DNA of 64,000 nucleotides from Wenzhouxiangellaceae bacterium (GTDB lineage Bacteria; Pseudomonadota; Gammaproteobacteria; Xanthomonadales; Wenzhouxiangellaceae): NCBI GenBank assembly GCA_032251475.1, contig JAVVDX010000001.1, positions 665 to 64,664 of the forward strand, read 5' to 3'. Shown piece by piece: positions 21,587 to 37,941 of this stretch (position 1 is its first letter; each line of letters starts with the position of its first letter). The notes under the pieces were generated by a model. It saw only the letters and a program-made list of their open reading frames with translations, ran no database searches and was not told where the DNA came from. The position numbers and the translations under genes were made by a program.

Positions 21587-23395
21587 TCAGTCCCCGTTTT
21601 CGGACTCGTGCAGGATGCGCCGATCCTCCTCGAACAGTTCAGCGAGTTCCTCGCGGCTGCGGCGGTCGATCTTGAGCAGTTCGGCTTCGTCGTCCTTGTG
21701 GCCGATCTGGGCTTCCAGCGCGTCTTCGTCGTGCTGGCGGAACATTTCGACGTAGCGCTCGGCATGGCGCACGCCCAGGGCGGCCAACGACGCGCGCGCC
21801 AGGTCCAGGCTCGACAGCCAGGCCTCGCGGATCACGTACTCCACGCCCAGCGCCCTGAGCTCCAGCGCGTGCTGGCGGTTGCGCGCCCGGGCATGGATGC
21901 GCAGATCGGGAAAATGACGGCGAATCAGCGCCGCGGTGGCCACCGACAGCTCGATATCGGAAATGGTCAGCACGAACAGGCGCGCATGTTCGGCCCCGGC
22001 CGCGCGCAGCACATCGAGGTTGCTGGCATTGCCGAAGTAGACCCGATGGCCGAAGCGGCGCACGAACTCGACCTGCTCCTGGTCGAAATCCAGCGCCGTG
22101 AAGTGGATGTCGAGCATCGACAGGTTGCGCGCGACGATCTGTCCGACGCGGCCCAGCCCGGCGATGATGACGCGCGGCTCGCCGTGGTCTTCCGGCAGCG
22201 CTTCGAGTTGCCGGGCCTCCGGCTCGGAGTCGGCCAGGCGCGGCGCCACCCAGCGCTCGCCGACGAAATAAAGCAGCGGCGTCAGCGCCATCGAGATCGA
22301 GATCGCCGCGATCAGCGGGCCGACCACATCGGCGCCGAGCAGACCCAGGCCCAGCGCCAGCGTAAACAGCACGAACCCGAACTCACCGGCCTGCGGCAGC
22401 GCGAACGCCAGCGATGCGGCCGCGCGCCGGTCCAGCCCCGACCACCGTCCCAACGGGTAGAGCACGGCGGCCTTGAGTACCACCAGAACCGCCACAAGGC
22501 CGAACACCAGCCCGGGCTGCACGAGCATCTGGCCGAAATCGATGTTCATGCCCACGGCAATGAAGAACAGGCCGAGCAACAGCCCCTTGAACGGATCGAT
22601 GCCGGCTTCGATCTCGTGCCGGAACTCGGAATCCGACAACAGCATCCCGGCCAGGAACGCACCCAGCGCCATGCTCAGTCCGGCCCATTCGGCCAGCAGC
22701 GCCGTGCCCAGCGCGACCAGCAGCGTGGCGGCCAGGAATACCTCGCGCACCCGGGTGCGTACAAGCAGCCGAAACAACTGGGGCAGCAGCATCCGTCCCG
22801 CGGCGACGATCAGCCCAATGACCACCAGCGTGCGCACGGCCTGGATCGGCAGCGACGTTTCGGTCCCGGCCTCGGTGCCGCCCTGGCCGGCGGCCAGCAG
22901 CGGCATCAGTGCCAGCAGCGGGATGACGGCCAGATCCTGGAACAGCAGCACGCCGAATGCGGCGCGACCGTGCGCGGCCTGGAGCTGGCGCTTCTCGGCC
23001 AGCATCTGCAAGCCGATGGCGGTCGACGACAGCGACAGCACGACAGCCACCAGCAGGCCATCGCCGGCATCACCCAGCCACATCCATGCCGGCGGCCACA
23101 GCACCAGCGTGGTCCCGGCCATCTGCAGCAGCCCGTTGCCGAAGATCAGTCTGCGAAGCACGTACAGGCGCGACGGGCGCAGCTCCAGGCCGATGACAAA
23201 CAGCAGCAGCACGACCCCCAGCTCCGAGAAATGCAGGATGGCGTCGACATCGGTCACCAGGCCCAGCGCCCAGGGTCCGATCAGCACCCCGGCAATCAGA
23301 TATCCCAGCACCGCGCCCAGCCCCAGTGCGCGCGCCAGCGGCACCAGCACCACGGCGCTGGCCAGGTAAATCAGAACCTCGGCCAGAAAACTCAT
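21587..23395 (-). CDS. CPA2 glutathione-gated K+/H+ antiporter (KefB/KefC-like)
   Basis: LGAVLGYL, LLFQDLAVIP, PFKGLLLGLFF, C-terminal KTN domain (GLGRVG). Confidence 0.9.
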   Translation of the reverse strand: MSFLAEVLIYLASAVVLVPLARALGLGAVLGYLIAGVLIGPWALGLVTDVDAILHFSELGVVLLLFVIGLELRPSRLYVLRRLIFGNGLLQMAGTTLVLWPPAWMWLGDAGDGLLVAVVLSLSSTAIGLQMLAEKRQLQAAHGRAAFGVLLFQDLAVIPLLALMPLLAAGQGGTEAGTETSLPIQAVRTLVVIGLIVAAGRMLLPQLFRLLVRTRVREVFLAATLLVALGTALLAEWAGLSMALGAFLAGMLLSDSEFRHEIEAGIDPFKGLLLGLFFIAVGMNIDFGQMLVQPGLVFGLVAVLVVLKAAVLYPLGRWSGLDRRAAASLAFALPQAGEFGFVLFTLALGLGLLGADVVGPLIAAISISMALTPLLYFVGERWVAPRLADSEPEARQLEALPEDHGEPRVIIAGLGRVGQIVARNLSMLDIHFTALDFDQEQVEFVRRFGHRVYFGNASNLDVLRAAGAEHARLFVLTISDIELSVATAALIRRHFPDLRIHARARNRQHALELRALGVEYVIREAWLSSLDLARASLAALGVRHAERYVEMFRQHDEDALEAQIGHKDDEAELLKIDRRSREELAELFEEDRRILHESENGD

Positions 23396-23473
23396 TTCTG
23401 TATCTTCCGTGAACCGCAATGCCTGCAGAATGCCCGCGAATCAATCCGGGCACAACAGCCACGACCTGTCAGC

Positions 23474-24982
<1,509 letters not shown>

Positions 24983-25021
24983 TCTATTGGTTTTTTCCGT
25001 TACCGTTTATCTGTGCTCCGA

Positions 25022-27537
<2,516 letters not shown>

Positions 27538-27544
27538 CTACCCC

Positions 27545-27727
27545 AGCCCGGATTATTCATGACCCGGGCGTAGCGAGACGGCGCCAGGTTCCGTAGATGC
27601 GGCGTTTCGCGACCAAGCGCACCGGAGGCGTACTCGCCGGTACGGTGAGGATGCGCGACCGAGCGAAACGTCGCAGATGCGGGGCCTGGCGTCGTCGTAG
27701 TAGACCGGGTCATGAATAATCCGGGCC
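27545..27727 (+). mobile_element. 183-bp rod-like hairpin MITE-like element, copy 2
   Basis: GCCCGGATTATTCATGACCCGG ... CCGGGTCATGAATAATCCGGGC terminal inverted repeats. Confidence 0.85.
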
Positions 27728-27802
27728 CGGCCCGCCCGGAACTGCCGCGCCCGGACCGTCCCGGCGGCGCCGTCGGCGCCAGATGCACCGGGCCGGACGG
27801 CT

Positions 27803-27811
27803 TGCTATACT
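27803..27811 (+). promoter_or_regulatory. extended -10 promoter for the FHA/kinase genes
   Basis: TG-C-TATACT upstream of GGAG and GTG 27831. Confidence 0.45.
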
Positions 27812-27830
27812 CGCTCGGAGCGCGTTTCCG

Positions 27831-28388
27831 GTGAGTGCCGTGACAATCAAGGGCGAACCCGCCAAATCCCGGGCGAATCAACAGCATGCAGGCCCCCAGG
27901 GCACGCAGGTCTTCTCGCGCGAGCAGATCGCCGAACTGCTGGAGAACGAAACCCGCGAGTTCGACGACGGCGAGCGGGCGAGCCTGACGCTTCTGAGCGG
28001 CACCGGGGACGACCCGGCCGCGGCGCAGACCTTTGCGCTGACCGCCGACCGCATCACCGTCGGACGCTCGGCGGTCTGCGATATCTGCGTCGAGGAACCC
28101 AGCATGTCGTCCGAGCACGCCCGCCTGGTGCGCTCCGAAGACGCCTGGCGCATCATCAATCTGCTTTCGACCAACGGCGTGTTCGTCAACGGCGACAAGG
28201 TCTTTTCGCACCGGCTCGCCGACGGCGACGAAATCCGCCTCGGGCGAACCCGCCTGCGCTTCAACGATCCGGTCCAGCGCCGCTCGCGGCGTTCTGCATC
28301 GGGCGGACGGGCGTCGCTCGTGCAATGGCTTCCGTGGCTGCTTGTGCCGGTGACGCTGGCCGCCCTGGCGTACTGGCTGATCGCATGA
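27831..28388 (+). CDS. FHA domain protein with C-terminal membrane anchor
   Basis: TVGRS..CDI, MSSEHA, STNGVFVNG, LADGDEIRLG; hydrophobic C-terminus. Confidence 0.88.
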   Translation: MSAVTIKGEPAKSRANQQHAGPQGTQVFSREQIAELLENETREFDDGERASLTLLSGTGDDPAAAQTFALTADRITVGRSAVCDICVEEPSMSSEHARLVRSEDAWRIINLLSTNGVFVNGDKVFSHRLADGDEIRLGRTRLRFNDPVQRRSRRSASGGRASLVQWLPWLLVPVTLAALAYWLIA

Positions 28389-28419
28389 CCGCGCCCCGAC
28401 GGCACCCGGGCACCGGCTG

Positions 28420-30147
28420 ATGGAACGGATCGGTCGCTACGAAATCGTTCGCGAGCTCGGTCGCGGTTCGATGTCCATCGTCTACGAGGGCTTCGACGGC
28501 CGCATCGACCGCCACTTGGCCATCAAGGTGCTGCGCAATCGCTACGCCCGCGACGTGAACGCACGCCAGCGCTTCCTGCGCGAAGCCCGCGCCGCCGGCG
28601 GGCTGGCGCATCCGAACATCGTCACGGTCTTCGATGTCGGCCAGGCCGAGTCGGCCCCGTACCTGGTCATGGAGCTGCTTGATGGCGGCACGCTGGACAA
28701 GTGGCTCGCCTCCGACCGGCTCGACTCGATGAGCATCGACCGTCTGCTCGACCTGGCCGGCCAGGTCGTGCGGGCGCTGGCCTACGCGCACAATCAAGGC
28801 GTGATTCACCGCGACATCAAGCCGGCCAACATCCACTACGATCCGGCGACCGGGCTGGCCAAGGTCATGGACTTCGGCATTGCCGCGATCGAACGCAACA
28901 CGGCCCGCTCCGATGCCGGCGAAAACCTGGCCGGGACGCTGACCCACATGGCACCGGAGCTGTTCCATGGCCAGGCTGCCGACGCCCGCTCGGACCTGTA
29001 CTCACTGGGCGTCGTACTGTTTCAGCTGCTGACCGGCAAGCTGCCGTTCCCGGCGACCGACGCGGAGTCGCTGGTCCAGCAGATCGTCTCGCATTCGACG
29101 CTTCCGCTGGAGCCAATGCGGCAGGACACGCCCCGGGAGCTGGTCGACCTGACCTATCGCCTGATGGCGCTGGAGCCCGAGTCGCGGCCCGCAAGCGCCC
29201 GCCAGGTTGCCGAGGAGATCGACGAGATCCGCGACGGCATGCGCCGCGGGCTGGTGCAGTCGGTGCGGCGTTCGGCCGCGGCCTGGCGCTGGCCGCTGGC
29301 GACCGGCATCGCCGTGGCGCTGGTGCTGATGCTGGGGCTGAATCACGTCTACCGGACCCAGAATCGGGCGATGGCCGAAGCCACCTACGGCTTCGGCGAT
29401 GCGCTGTCCAGCCTGATCGCGCAGGAAACCTCCGAAGCGCTGATCCTGGACGACACGACCGCGCTCGGGGTGCTGGTATCGGACTTCGCAGTCAATCCAG
29501 CCGTCGAATACCTGCATATCAGCGACGAGGCCGGCATCGTGCAGGCGAGCACGAATCCCTACCTGCGCGGCGAGCGGGCGCCGCCGCCAAAGGGCGAGCC
29601 GGTCGAGCGCGAATCGGAAAGCGGCGTGCTGTTGCACCGCAGCGACGGCGGTCTGCTCGAGTTCCGGGTTCCGGTCCGGTTCCAGGCGCGCCGCGTCGGC
29701 GAAGTCGGTCTCGGCCTCGATGGCAGCCAGCTGGACGACGCCGCCAACGCGACGCTATGGATGCTCGGCATCGTGTTCTGCGCCGCGCTGCTGGCGCTGG
29801 CCATCGGCATGATCTGGAACACGCGCCGGCAGCAGCTCGGACTGAAACGGCTGGCCTGGGGGCTGAAGCGACTGCATCGCGGCCAGTACGATTTCCGCAT
29901 CGAAAGCGACCGGCGCGACGAATTCGCGCCTGCCTACCGCGAGTTCAATCGTCTCGCGGTCCGGCTGGACGAGCAGCGGCGCAAGCCTAAGCGCCAGGGC
30001 GCGCCGGCCGGCGCCAGCGATTCGGCCGCGCCCCGCCCCGTCGTGCGGATTCCCGACAACGCGACGCTCGACGAAACGCTGGACCTGAGCAATTCGGAGG
30101 AGCCGGTCGATTCCCCGAACCTGACCCGCCTGCCGACGCGGAAGTAG
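28420..30147 (+). CDS. Hanks-type Ser/Thr kinase fused to TM-periplasmic sensor-TM-HAMP
   Basis: GRGSMS, AIK, HRDIKPAN, DFG, APE, DLYSLG; two TM segments; HAMP-like ...RRDEFAPAYREFNRLA. Confidence 0.9.
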   Translation: MERIGRYEIVRELGRGSMSIVYEGFDGRIDRHLAIKVLRNRYARDVNARQRFLREARAAGGLAHPNIVTVFDVGQAESAPYLVMELLDGGTLDKWLASDRLDSMSIDRLLDLAGQVVRALAYAHNQGVIHRDIKPANIHYDPATGLAKVMDFGIAAIERNTARSDAGENLAGTLTHMAPELFHGQAADARSDLYSLGVVLFQLLTGKLPFPATDAESLVQQIVSHSTLPLEPMRQDTPRELVDLTYRLMALEPESRPASARQVAEEIDEIRDGMRRGLVQSVRRSAAAWRWPLATGIAVALVLMLGLNHVYRTQNRAMAEATYGFGDALSSLIAQETSEALILDDTTALGVLVSDFAVNPAVEYLHISDEAGIVQASTNPYLRGERAPPPKGEPVERESESGVLLHRSDGGLLEFRVPVRFQARRVGEVGLGLDGSQLDDAANATLWMLGIVFCAALLALAIGMIWNTRRQQLGLKRLAWGLKRLHRGQYDFRIESDRRDEFAPAYREFNRLAVRLDEQRRKPKRQGAPAGASDSAAPRPVVRIPDNATLDETLDLSNSEEPVDSPNLTRLPTRK

Positions 30148-30206
30148 TTTTCCGGGCCGGCCCGCCGCCCGTTCGAACGCGACGAGCGGGCCGTGAACAA
30201 TCCCGG

Positions 30207-31124
30207 TTACGGCTCGCCGAGGCGCGCGCGCAGTTCGCGGGCCCGCTCGAGATAGACCTGTGCCGGCTCGAAATCCGGCGCCACTTCGAGCAACGCCTCC
30301 CAGGTCCGGATCGCTCGGTCGACCTCGCGGTCGCGCCACGCGCGGACGGCCCGATCATGCAGGTCCACGGTAATCCGGGCGCGCAATCTGGCCGCCAGAG
30401 TCACCGCCGGGTCGTGTCCGGGATCGGACGCCACCGCTTCGCTCGCCTTGTGGTAGGCCTCGATCAGATCGCCGCGCATCATCAGTGCCTTCGCCTCTGC
30501 GGTCAGACGATCGGCGCCGGCTGCCTGCGGTCGGGCATCGGGTGTCGCCTCTTGCGCAGCCGGGCGAGTTGCAGGCGAGATCGTCTCCGGCACCGCCGCG
30601 GTATTCGCCGCGTCAGCCGCGCCGCCGCCGCGGCCGGTGATGCCGGCCCCGGCGGCCGGCACGCGCAGCATCGTGCCGGCGGCGACGTTTCCGGGAACCT
30701 CGATCCCGTTCAGGCGCGCCAGGGCCACGAACAGCAACGGATTACCGAACTCGCGTTCGGCGATTCGCGAAAGCGAGTCGCCCGGCTCGATGCGCAACTG
30801 GCGATACGGACCCGGCATCAGCGCCTCGGCCGGCGTGATCAACTGCTCGAGCAACAGGGCGGCCGGCCCTGATTCCGGCTGCGCCTCGTTCAGCTCCGCC
30901 AGCAGCGTCCGCGCATTCTCGAAACGACCTCGCTGCAGAAGATCCATTGCCGCACCCAGGTCGCGGCGCCCCGAAAGTCCGGCAGCCGCGGGCCGCTCCG
31001 GCGCGCTACCGACCCCGTGTTCCGGCGTTGCCGCGCGGTCGGACTCCTGGGTCGGCAACCAGCCGCAGCCGACGAGACCGCCGAACACCACCGCTGCCAG
31101 CAACGCGCGAATAAGATCTCTCAA
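30207..31124 (-). CDS. LysM/TPR-containing lipoprotein
   Basis: AGGAG RBS plus TTG start; lipobox LVGC; LysM (PGDSLSRIAER...LNGI); TPR-like helical C-terminus. Confidence 0.75.
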   Translation of the reverse strand: MRDLIRALLAAVVFGGLVGCGWLPTQESDRAATPEHGVGSAPERPAAAGLSGRRDLGAAMDLLQRGRFENARTLLAELNEAQPESGPAALLLEQLITPAEALMPGPYRQLRIEPGDSLSRIAEREFGNPLLFVALARLNGIEVPGNVAAGTMLRVPAAGAGITGRGGGAADAANTAAVPETISPATRPAAQEATPDARPQAAGADRLTAEAKALMMRGDLIEAYHKASEAVASDPGHDPAVTLAARLRARITVDLHDRAVRAWRDREVDRAIRTWEALLEVAPDFEPAQVYLERARELRARLGEP

Positions 31125-31183
31125 GTCGCTCTCTCCTGGGGACGGACTCCCGGGTTCGCTCCCCGGTTTCTGTACCGTCGATT

Positions 31184-31906
31184 CTATCGGCCGGCATCGA
31201 TCCAGGCCAGCGCCGCCATTCGGCCAGTGCGACCATCGCGCCTGACACTGAAGTAGCATTCGGGGTCGCCGGCGGTATTCTCTCCACTCTCGACGATACG
31301 CCCGACGCCGGCCGCTGACAATTGGTCCGCGGCGATCCCCGGCAGGTCGGCCAGCCAGTGACCGGGGCGGTTGGCGATGAAGCGCGACGCGAATCCGGCC
31401 AACGCGCTCCGCACTGCCTCGCCGACCTCATAGTCGGCCTGCGAAATCCGCGGACCGATCCAGGCCTCCAGTCGTTCCGGCGCAACCGGCAATGCCGAAA
31501 CCGCGTTGTCGACGATTCCGGCCGCCAGCCCGCGCCAGCCGGCGTGGACCGCGGCGACGCACCGGCCCAGACGGTCGGCCAGCAACACCGGCAGGCAGTC
31601 GGCGGTCAGCACGGCCACGGCCCGTCCGGGCGCATCGGTCCAGGCCGCATCGGCCTCGATGCCGGCGTGCCAGTCGTCGAGGTGAACCACCTTGCCACCG
31701 TGGACCTGGTTCAGCCAGTGCGGCGGCGACGGAATCAGCGCGTCCAGGCGCGACCGGTTGGCGGCGATGGCCTCCGGATCATCGTCGCGGCCGCCGAGGT
31801 TCAGCGTATCGAACGGCGGCGTGCTGACACCGCCCCGCCGGGTCGTCGCGAAGCCGCGCACCGGCGGGCCAAACGGGGCCTCGACGACGGTCTCACGCAG
31901 ACTCAT
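31184..31906 (-). CDS. pgeF: peptidoglycan editing factor PgeF (YfiH)
   Basis: TTRRGGVS, QVHG, TADCLPVL, HAGWRG; downstream of rluD. Confidence 0.93.
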   Translation of the reverse strand: MSLRETVVEAPFGPPVRGFATTRRGGVSTPPFDTLNLGGRDDDPEAIAANRSRLDALIPSPPHWLNQVHGGKVVHLDDWHAGIEADAAWTDAPGRAVAVLTADCLPVLLADRLGRCVAAVHAGWRGLAAGIVDNAVSALPVAPERLEAWIGPRISQADYEVGEAVRSALAGFASRFIANRPGHWLADLPGIAADQLSAAGVGRIVESGENTAGDPECYFSVRRDGRTGRMAALAWIDAGR

Positions 31907-32846
31907 CGAGAATCTCGATCAGCGCCGCCATGTCGTCGGGCATCGGGGCCGAAACGGAAACGCACCCGCCGGTGATCGGGTGCGCGAGTTCCAGCCTGGC
32001 CGCGTGCAGCGCCTGGCGCGGAAAACTCCGCCAGGCCGTGCGCTGGTCCTCGTCGAGGCCGGCCGGGCTGCCGCGCCGGCCGTAGACCGGGTCGCCGACC
32101 AGCGGAAAACCGGCATGCTGCATGTGGACGCGGATCTGGTGGGTGCGGCCGGTCTCGAGTTCGACATCGAGCAGCGTCGCGCCGGCCAGCCGCCGGGCGA
32201 CGCGATAGCGCGTGATCGCCGGCCGGCCGTCGGCGCGCACGACCTGGCGCCGGCGGTCGACCGGGTGTCGGCCCAGCGGCGCATCGACCCTACCGCCGGC
32301 GATGACCCGGCCCCGGACCAGCGCCAGGTAGTGCCGATGGATCTCGCGCCGCTTCAGCGCCGCGACGAGGTTGCGGTGAGCGCGCGGCGTGCGGGCAACC
32401 ACCAGGCACCCGGACGTATCCTTGTCCAGCCGGTGGACCAGCCCGGCGCGCGGCAGCGTCTCGAGGTTCGGGTCGAGATGCAGCAGGCCGTTGACCAGCG
32501 TGCCGGTCGGGTTGCCTGAGCCCGGGTGCACGACCAGCCCCGCCGGCTTGTCGACGATCAGGATGTCGTCGTCGGCGTAAAGCACGGTCAGCTGCATCGG
32601 TTCCGGTTCCGGGTTGCCGTCGTGGCGCTCGAGCGCGGCGTCGAGTTCCAGCCGCTGGCCGGGCGAAAGCCGGTAATTCGGCTTGACAGCGTTGCCGTCC
32701 ACGCGCAACTCGCCGGCCCGGATCCACGTAGTCAGCCGGCTGCGCGAAAAATCCGGCCACAGCGCCGCGGCGGCCTGGTCGACCCGGGCGCCGGCGTGTT
32801 CGGCGCCGGCGGCGGCGTCGAGATGCACACGCTGGACCCGGCTCAC
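31893..32846 (-). CDS. rluD: 23S rRNA pseudouridine synthase RluD
   Basis: S4 domain, HRLDKDTSG, TGRTHQIRVH; divergent from bamD. Confidence 0.94.
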   Translation of the reverse strand: MSRVQRVHLDAAAGAEHAGARVDQAAAALWPDFSRSRLTTWIRAGELRVDGNAVKPNYRLSPGQRLELDAALERHDGNPEPEPMQLTVLYADDDILIVDKPAGLVVHPGSGNPTGTLVNGLLHLDPNLETLPRAGLVHRLDKDTSGCLVVARTPRAHRNLVAALKRREIHRHYLALVRGRVIAGGRVDAPLGRHPVDRRRQVVRADGRPAITRYRVARRLAGATLLDVELETGRTHQIRVHMQHAGFPLVGDPVYGRRGSPAGLDEDQRTAWRSFPRQALHAARLELAHPITGGCVSVSAPMPDDMAALIEILDESA

Positions 32847-32924
32847 GCGACCCCGCCGGCTGAACCCAGATTTAACCGTTTTGCCATTATCATTGATACA
32901 TTCACGAAGCGGATTCTACTTCCG

Positions 32925-33707
32925 ATGCGGATTCTTTCAATCACGATCGTCGTGCTCGCGGCCCTGCTCGCCGGCTGCGGCGGCAACAAGGAGCGCGACG
33001 CCGGCCCGGATGCCGAGGAGCTCTACCGCCAGGCCAGCCGGGCGCTGAACAGTCAGAACTATCCCGAAGCGATCCGCCTGTATCGCAACCTGACCATCCG
33101 CTTTCCGTTCGGCCGGCACGCCGAGCAGGCCATGCTGGACATGGCCTACGCGCAGTACAAGGGTGGCGAAAGCGAGGCCGCGATCGGGACGCTGGACCGG
33201 TTCCTGCGCACCTACCCGACGCACCCGAACGTCGACTATGCCTGGTACCTCAAGGGCCTGGTCAACTACGACGTGACGATGAACTTTCTGCGCAACCTGA
33301 TGCCGGGCCGGGCCTCGGACCGCGACCAGCAGTCGGCACATCAGTCGTTCCGCGATTTCCAGGAACTGATCCGGCGCCACCCGGACAGCCGCTACGTGGC
33401 CGACGCGCGCCAGCGGATGGTGTTCCTGCGCAACATCATGGCCCGCTACGAAATCGCGGTGGGCAGCTACTATGCCCGGCGCGGCGCGCACGTCGCGGCG
33501 CTCAACCGGGCCCGGTACGTGATCGAGAATTATCCCGGCGCGCCGGCGACCATCGAGGCGCTGAAGTTGATGGCCAACTCGTACGAGAAGCTGAACATGC
33601 CCGAACTGGCGATGGATACCCGGCGGGTGCTCGAATACAACTATGCCGAGCTGATGGACGACGACAAGCGCGAAGGCCTGCTCAGCCGGCTCTGGCCGTT
33701 CGACTGA
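32925..33707 (+). CDS. bamD: outer membrane protein assembly factor BamD
   Basis: Lipobox [23 protein letters not shown]. Confidence 0.93.
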   Translation: MRILSITIVVLAALLAGCGGNKERDAGPDAEELYRQASRALNSQNYPEAIRLYRNLTIRFPFGRHAEQAMLDMAYAQYKGGESEAAIGTLDRFLRTYPTHPNVDYAWYLKGLVNYDVTMNFLRNLMPGRASDRDQQSAHQSFRDFQELIRRHPDSRYVADARQRMVFLRNIMARYEIAVGSYYARRGAHVAALNRARYVIENYPGAPATIEALKLMANSYEKLNMPELAMDTRRVLEYNYAELMDDDKREGLLSRLWPFD

Positions 33708-33750
33708 ACCGTCCGCGCCCGGCCCCGCCCGCCGAAGCCCTTTCCGAACG

Positions 33751-34434
33751 ATGACCGCCCCCGAACGCGCTGTCGTGCTCGTCTCCGGGGGTCTCGACTC
33801 GGCCACCGCGCTGGCCGTCGCGGCCGACCAGGGGCTGGATTGCCATACGCTTGCGCTTGACTACGGCCAGCGGCACCGCGCCGAGCTGGCCGCGGCCGAG
33901 TCCGTTTCGGCCGCGATGAACGCCGCCTCGCACCGCGTCGTAGCCGTGGACCTGCGCGCCATCGGCGGCTCGGCGCTGACCGACGACGCGATCGAAGTTC
34001 CCGAGCAGCGCACCGAAGGCATTCCGGTCACCTACGTTCCGGCGCGCAACACGATCCTGCTGTCGATCGGAATGGGACTGGCCGAAACGCTGGATGCGGA
34101 ACACCTGTTCATCGGCGTCAACGCCGTCGACTACTCGGGCTACCCCGATTGCCGGCCGCAGTTCATCGCCGCGTTCCAGGACCTGGCCCGCTGCGCGACG
34201 CGCCGTGCGATCGAGGGACATCCGGTGAGAATCCAGACGCCGCTGATCCACCTGAGCAAGGCCGAGATCATCCGGCTCGGCCACCGGCTGGGCGTGGACC
34301 ATGCGCAGACCGTCTCGTGTTACCGCGCTGACGATCGGGGACGCGCCTGCGGCCGCTGCGACTCGTGCGCGATCCGTCGCCAGGGCTTCGCCGACGCCGG
34401 CCTCCCCGATCCGACCCGCTACGCCTCGACGTAA
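33751..34434 (+). CDS. queC: 7-cyano-7-deazaguanine synthase
   Basis: SGGLDS, YVPARN, YPDCR, CGRCDSC. Confidence 0.96.
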   Translation: MTAPERAVVLVSGGLDSATALAVAADQGLDCHTLALDYGQRHRAELAAAESVSAAMNAASHRVVAVDLRAIGGSALTDDAIEVPEQRTEGIPVTYVPARNTILLSIGMGLAETLDAEHLFIGVNAVDYSGYPDCRPQFIAAFQDLARCATRRAIEGHPVRIQTPLIHLSKAEIIRLGHRLGVDHAQTVSCYRADDRGRACGRCDSCAIRRQGFADAGLPDPTRYAST

Positions 34435-34439
34435 AAGAA

Positions 34440-34874
34440 TCAGACGACGATCGTCACCGGGCTGTGCGCGTGCCTGACGACCTTCTCGCTGACGCTGCCG
34501 AGCAGCAGGCTCTGGATGCGCGACAGGCCGCGCCGGCCGAGCACGACCAGCAGATCGCGATCGTCCTCGGTGCAGCGGATGATTTCCTCGGCCGGGTCGC
34601 CGATCGAGGTTTCGTCGTCGAGCTTGACGTCGGTCGAACCGAGTTCGGCGTGCAGCTTGTCGAATACGCGCTGCGCCGCCGCCTGCGCGGCGTGCTCGAG
34701 GTCATCACGGCTCATTCCGGCCATGCCGATGATCTCCACCGACGAGACCGGAAACACGTAGAACAGCCGGATCTTCGCCTCCAGCGCCTCGGCCAGCCCG
34801 AGCGCGTAGCGTGCCGCACGCAGCGAGTTGTCCGAACCGTCGACCGGAACCAGGATTTCCTTGACTGCAGACAT
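34440..34874 (-). CDS. universal stress protein
   Basis: ILVPVDGS, GDPAEEI, GRRGLS..LLGSVSEKV. Confidence 0.9.
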   Translation of the reverse strand: MSAVKEILVPVDGSDNSLRAARYALGLAEALEAKIRLFYVFPVSSVEIIGMAGMSRDDLEHAAQAAAQRVFDKLHAELGSTDVKLDDETSIGDPAEEIIRCTEDDRDLLVVLGRRGLSRIQSLLLGSVSEKVVRHAHSPVTIVV

Positions 34875-34985
34875 GACCATCTCCTTGCACTTCGCCCGCC
34901 GACCCGAACCCATTTTACCTTCTAATGATCCTAACCCGCCGGATCTGGGCGGTTTGTGACCTGAATCAACCGGCTCGTCCACGCA

Positions 34986-37052
<2,067 letters not shown>

Positions 37053-37907
37053 TCAGCCCTTGAGCCCGGCCTTGCGGTCGAACTCGCGCATCTGCTCGCG
37101 GATCTGCGCGGTGCGCTGGCGCGTGAGCAGACAGTGATTGTCGTCGAGCAGTTCGGCGTCGAGCAGCTCCGAGAGGCGCTGACCGGTCGCGAGCATCGCG
37201 TCCCACGCGTCCAGTGCGCTGACCGGCCCGGGCAGCGTCATGAACAGCGTCACGCCCGGCGTCTCGAACAGGTTCCAGCCGGACGGGTCGAAGCTACCCG
37301 GTCGCGTGATGTTGGCCATGCTGAACACCGGCCGCGGCTCGCCGCGGTGCCGCCGGTGGAAGATCTTCATCTCGCCGAATCGCAGCCCGGCCTTGATCGC
37401 CGCGTCGAGCAGGCTCAGCCCGCTGATCCGGCGGTCGCCGCGGGCGCGCACGTACAAGGTCACGATGACCGGCGGTTCGCCGTCGTCGGCCTCCGGCGCC
37501 ACCGCGGCGCTGGCCGCCTCGCGGCGCGTTTCCTCCGGCTCGCGCCAGGCCGTCTCCGGCGGCACTTCGGCGGCTGGCGCGCGCCTTTTGCGCACTTCCG
37601 TGTCCGGACTGCCAGGCTCCGGGCGTTCCGAGCCCAGGTCCGGCAGCGTGGTCTGGCGCGGTTCGCCCGAGAGATGCGGTTCGCGGTCCTGTTCGTCCGG
37701 TTGGCCCGTTTCCGGCAGTCCGCCGACGCGCGGTTCCCGGCGCCCGGGCCGGCCGCCAACCTGACCACCACCTTGACCGCCACCTTGACCACGATCGTCG
37801 CGACGCGACGCACCCGGCCCGCGCGAGCCCTCGGGACGGTGCAGGAGCCAGATCAGCGCCAGCACCACGATACCGATCAGGATCAGTATGAGACGAAGGT
37901 TTTCCAT
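37053..37907 (-). CDS. zipA: cell division protein ZipA
   Basis: N-terminal TM, P/E-rich linker, FGEMKIFHR...FSMAN; between smc and ligA. Confidence 0.92.
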   Translation of the reverse strand: MENLRLILILIGIVVLALIWLLHRPEGSRGPGASRRDDRGQGGGQGGGQVGGRPGRREPRVGGLPETGQPDEQDREPHLSGEPRQTTLPDLGSERPEPGSPDTEVRKRRAPAAEVPPETAWREPEETRREAASAAVAPEADDGEPPVIVTLYVRARGDRRISGLSLLDAAIKAGLRFGEMKIFHRRHRGEPRPVFSMANITRPGSFDPSGWNLFETPGVTLFMTLPGPVSALDAWDAMLATGQRLSELLDAELLDDNHCLLTRQRTAQIREQMREFDRKAGLKG

Positions 37908-37941
37908 GCCAGCAGTCTCCGCCGTGTTCGCTCCGGCCCCC

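Noticed and set aside
30148-30206. Possible fifth hairpin element (end GTGAACAATCCCGG resembles the terminal repeat)
   Set aside because: Only one degenerate end and a short GC stem, without the conserved loops; more simply a terminator between convergent genes
37761-37795. 12-bp tandem repeat in zipA (GQGG units)
   Set aside because: In-frame low-complexity linker, ordinary for ZipA
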